Of a DNA stretch of 32,000 nucleotides, positions 30,348 to 32,000 are shown one piece after another; position 1 is the first letter of the stretch; each line of letters begins with the position of its first letter. Source of the stretch: Dickeya dadantii NCPPB 898 (GTDB lineage Bacteria > Pseudomonadota > Gammaproteobacteria > Enterobacterales > Enterobacteriaceae); NCBI RefSeq assembly GCF_000406145.1, contig NZ_CM001976.1, positions 4,549,545 to 4,581,544 on the forward strand, written 5' to 3'. The notes under the pieces were generated by a model. That model was given only the letters and a program-made list of their open reading frames with translations, made no database searches and was not told where the DNA came from. Made by a program: the position numbers and the translations under genes.

Positions 30348-30398
30348 GGGATGTTCCTTGATAATGGTTGGAGAAGCGATTGGCTGTGGCATACAGAT

Positions 30399-31208
30399 TT
30401 AACGCTGACAACATTTACAGAAAAAAGTACTGCGCTGACCCTGTTTGATACTCTCAATCGGCGTGCCGCAATGGTGACAGGGCTCGCCGCTGCGGCCATA
30501 GACCTGTAACTCCTGCGCGAAATAACCCGGTTTGCCATCGGACTGCAGGAAATCCCGCAGCGTGGTGCCGCCTTGCTCAATCGAGCGTTGCAATACCTGT
30601 TTGATGGAACGTACCAGTTGGTCCGCTTCAACCTCAGACAACGAACCCGCCGGTCGGTTCGGCAGAACACCGGCATTAAACAGCGATTCGCTGGCGTAAA
30701 TGTTGCCCACGCCCACCACCAGTTTGTTGTCCATAATCCACAGCTTGATCGGCGTTTTGCGGCCGCGGGATTGGGCAAACAGGTAGCGACCGGAAAAATC
30801 GTCGCTCAGCGGTTCCGGCCCCAGATGTGCCAGCACCGAACTGGTCGCCGGATCGTCGCACCACAGCCAGGCGCCGAAACGACGCGGGTCGGTATAACGC
30901 AGCACCTTACCGCTGTCCATCACCAGATCGACGTGGTCATGCTTATCCGGCTCGCTGTATTCCGGCAGCACCCGCAAACTGCCCGACATACCCAGATGTA
31001 CGATTATCCAGCCGGTCGGCAGTTCAATCAGCAGATATTTGGCCCGCCGCTGCACACTCAGCACCGGCGTATCGCTCAGCGATAGAATTTCAGGAGAGAC
31101 AGGCCAGCGCAGGCGCGCGTTACGCACCTCGGCATACAGAATGGTATGGCCGACCAGCCAGGGTGAAATGCCCCGGCGACTGGTTTCCACTTCGGGTAAT
31201 TCTGGCAT
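30399..31208 (-). CDS. mutM: formamidopyrimidine-DNA glycosylase
   Basis: 269 aa with the N-terminus [13 protein letters not shown] and the C-terminal zinc finger C..C......[10 protein letters not shown]. Confidence 0.95.
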   Translation of the reverse strand: MPELPEVETSRRGISPWLVGHTILYAEVRNARLRWPVSPEILSLSDTPVLSVQRRAKYLLIELPTGWIIVHLGMSGSLRVLPEYSEPDKHDHVDLVMDSGKVLRYTDPRRFGAWLWCDDPATSSVLAHLGPEPLSDDFSGRYLFAQSRGRKTPIKLWIMDNKLVVGVGNIYASESLFNAGVLPNRPAGSLSEVEADQLVRSIKQVLQRSIEQGGTTLRDFLQSDGKPGYFAQELQVYGRSGEPCHHCGTPIESIKQGQRSTFFCKCCQR

Positions 31209-31241
31209 GCGTCCTCCGGTGAAATGTCCTGCTGAAGCGAT

Positions 31242-31269
31242 AAAAAAACCCGGCCGAAGCCGGGTTTTT
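31242..31269 (-). terminator. rho-independent terminator/attenuator between rpmG and mutM
   Basis: Stem cccggc / gccggg with loop cgaa, flanked by A7 and T5. It lies 15 nt after the rpmG stop on the minus strand. Confidence 0.75.
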
Positions 31270-31283
31270 CAGATCCACTAAAA

Positions 31284-31454
<171 letters not shown>

Positions 31455-31462
31455 TCAGTTCC

Positions 31463-31720
<258 letters not shown>

Positions 31721-31765
31721 TCAGCTCGAGCTTCGTAGAGGGTGTCGGCCGCCTCGTCAGGCTTT

Positions 31766-31832
31766 AGAGCCCATCTCAGCAACTTCACTGAAAAGACTCT
31801 GTCATCAGGGTAAACCTGCTGAGATAGGCTCT
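31766..31832 (-). promoter_or_regulatory. long stem-loop in the rpmB 5' leader
   Basis: 16-bp arms at 31766-31781 and 31817-31832 with a 35-nt loop. The single non-Watson-Crick position is a C-A mismatch on the + strand but a G-U wobble on the transcribed minus strand. Confidence 0.45.
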
Positions 31833-31865
31833 TAACGCCACACCCAAGATTCTCAAAGGTGGCGT

Positions 31866-31894
31866 AGTATACGCTTTGAAGCGTATGCGCTCAA
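31866..31894 (-). promoter_or_regulatory. candidate sigma70 promoter of rpmB-rpmG(-mutM)
   Basis: The minus strand reads TTGAGC-17 nt-TATACT. The spacer contains the palindrome ATACGCTT-ca-AAGCGTAT. Confidence 0.5.
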
Positions 31895-31937
31895 GTCCCG
31901 AACAGCTAAAGATCCCCCAGGATCGCGGAAATATCTT

Positions 31938-32000
31938 TCAAATCCACCCTCGCTCGGCAAAAGAAACGTACTCGCCGCGCCCGATCACCAGATGGTCGAG
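31938..32000 (-). CDS. yicR: YicR/RadC-family (JAB domain) protein, C-terminal fragment
   Basis: The minus-strand translation entering from the window edge is LDHLVIGRGEYVSFAERGWI*, typical of a RadC/YicR C-terminus. The position upstream of rpmB matches E. coli. Confidence 0.7.
   Translation of the reverse strand, partial: LDHLVIGRGEYVSFAERGWI

Overview
The window looks like a chromosomal segment of a moderately GC-rich Enterobacterales genome. A Dickeya/Pectobacteriaceae-like origin is only a guess from protein similarity to E. coli homologues recalled from memory. Most of it is conserved housekeeping: ppc (3' end), a tyrosine phosphatase, udp, dlhH/ysgA, metE-metR, yigM, pagP, cysE-gpsA-secB-yibN, envC-yibQ, tdh-kbl, mutM, rpmG-rpmB and the yicR 3' end. 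The main accessory block is an LPS core (waa) cluster at about 17.5-30.4 kb. It has hldD-waaF-waaC-waaQ-like-GT4 on the + strand, convergent with a GT4-GT9-waaL operon on the - strand. An AT-rich 543-bp divergent control region follows, then waaA-waaE-coaD and an extra GT2 gene between coaD and mutM. I found no tRNA/rRNA, CRISPR array, IS, integrase or recognisable defence or toxin-antitoxin module. The best candidate for something undescribed is an orphan 191-aa protein (3544-4119) with a papain-like Cys-His-Asp arrangement. It has its own repeat-laden 330-bp upstream region and sits between dlhH and metE. Other items worth a second look are an 18-bp in-frame tandem duplication at the pagP 5' end, a perfect ops 12-mer inside waaA, a second WaaQ-like GT9 paralogue, a structured rpmB leader, and the absence of grxC and gpmM from their usual positions. 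All functional calls rest on motif and homology recognition by eye; no searches were run.
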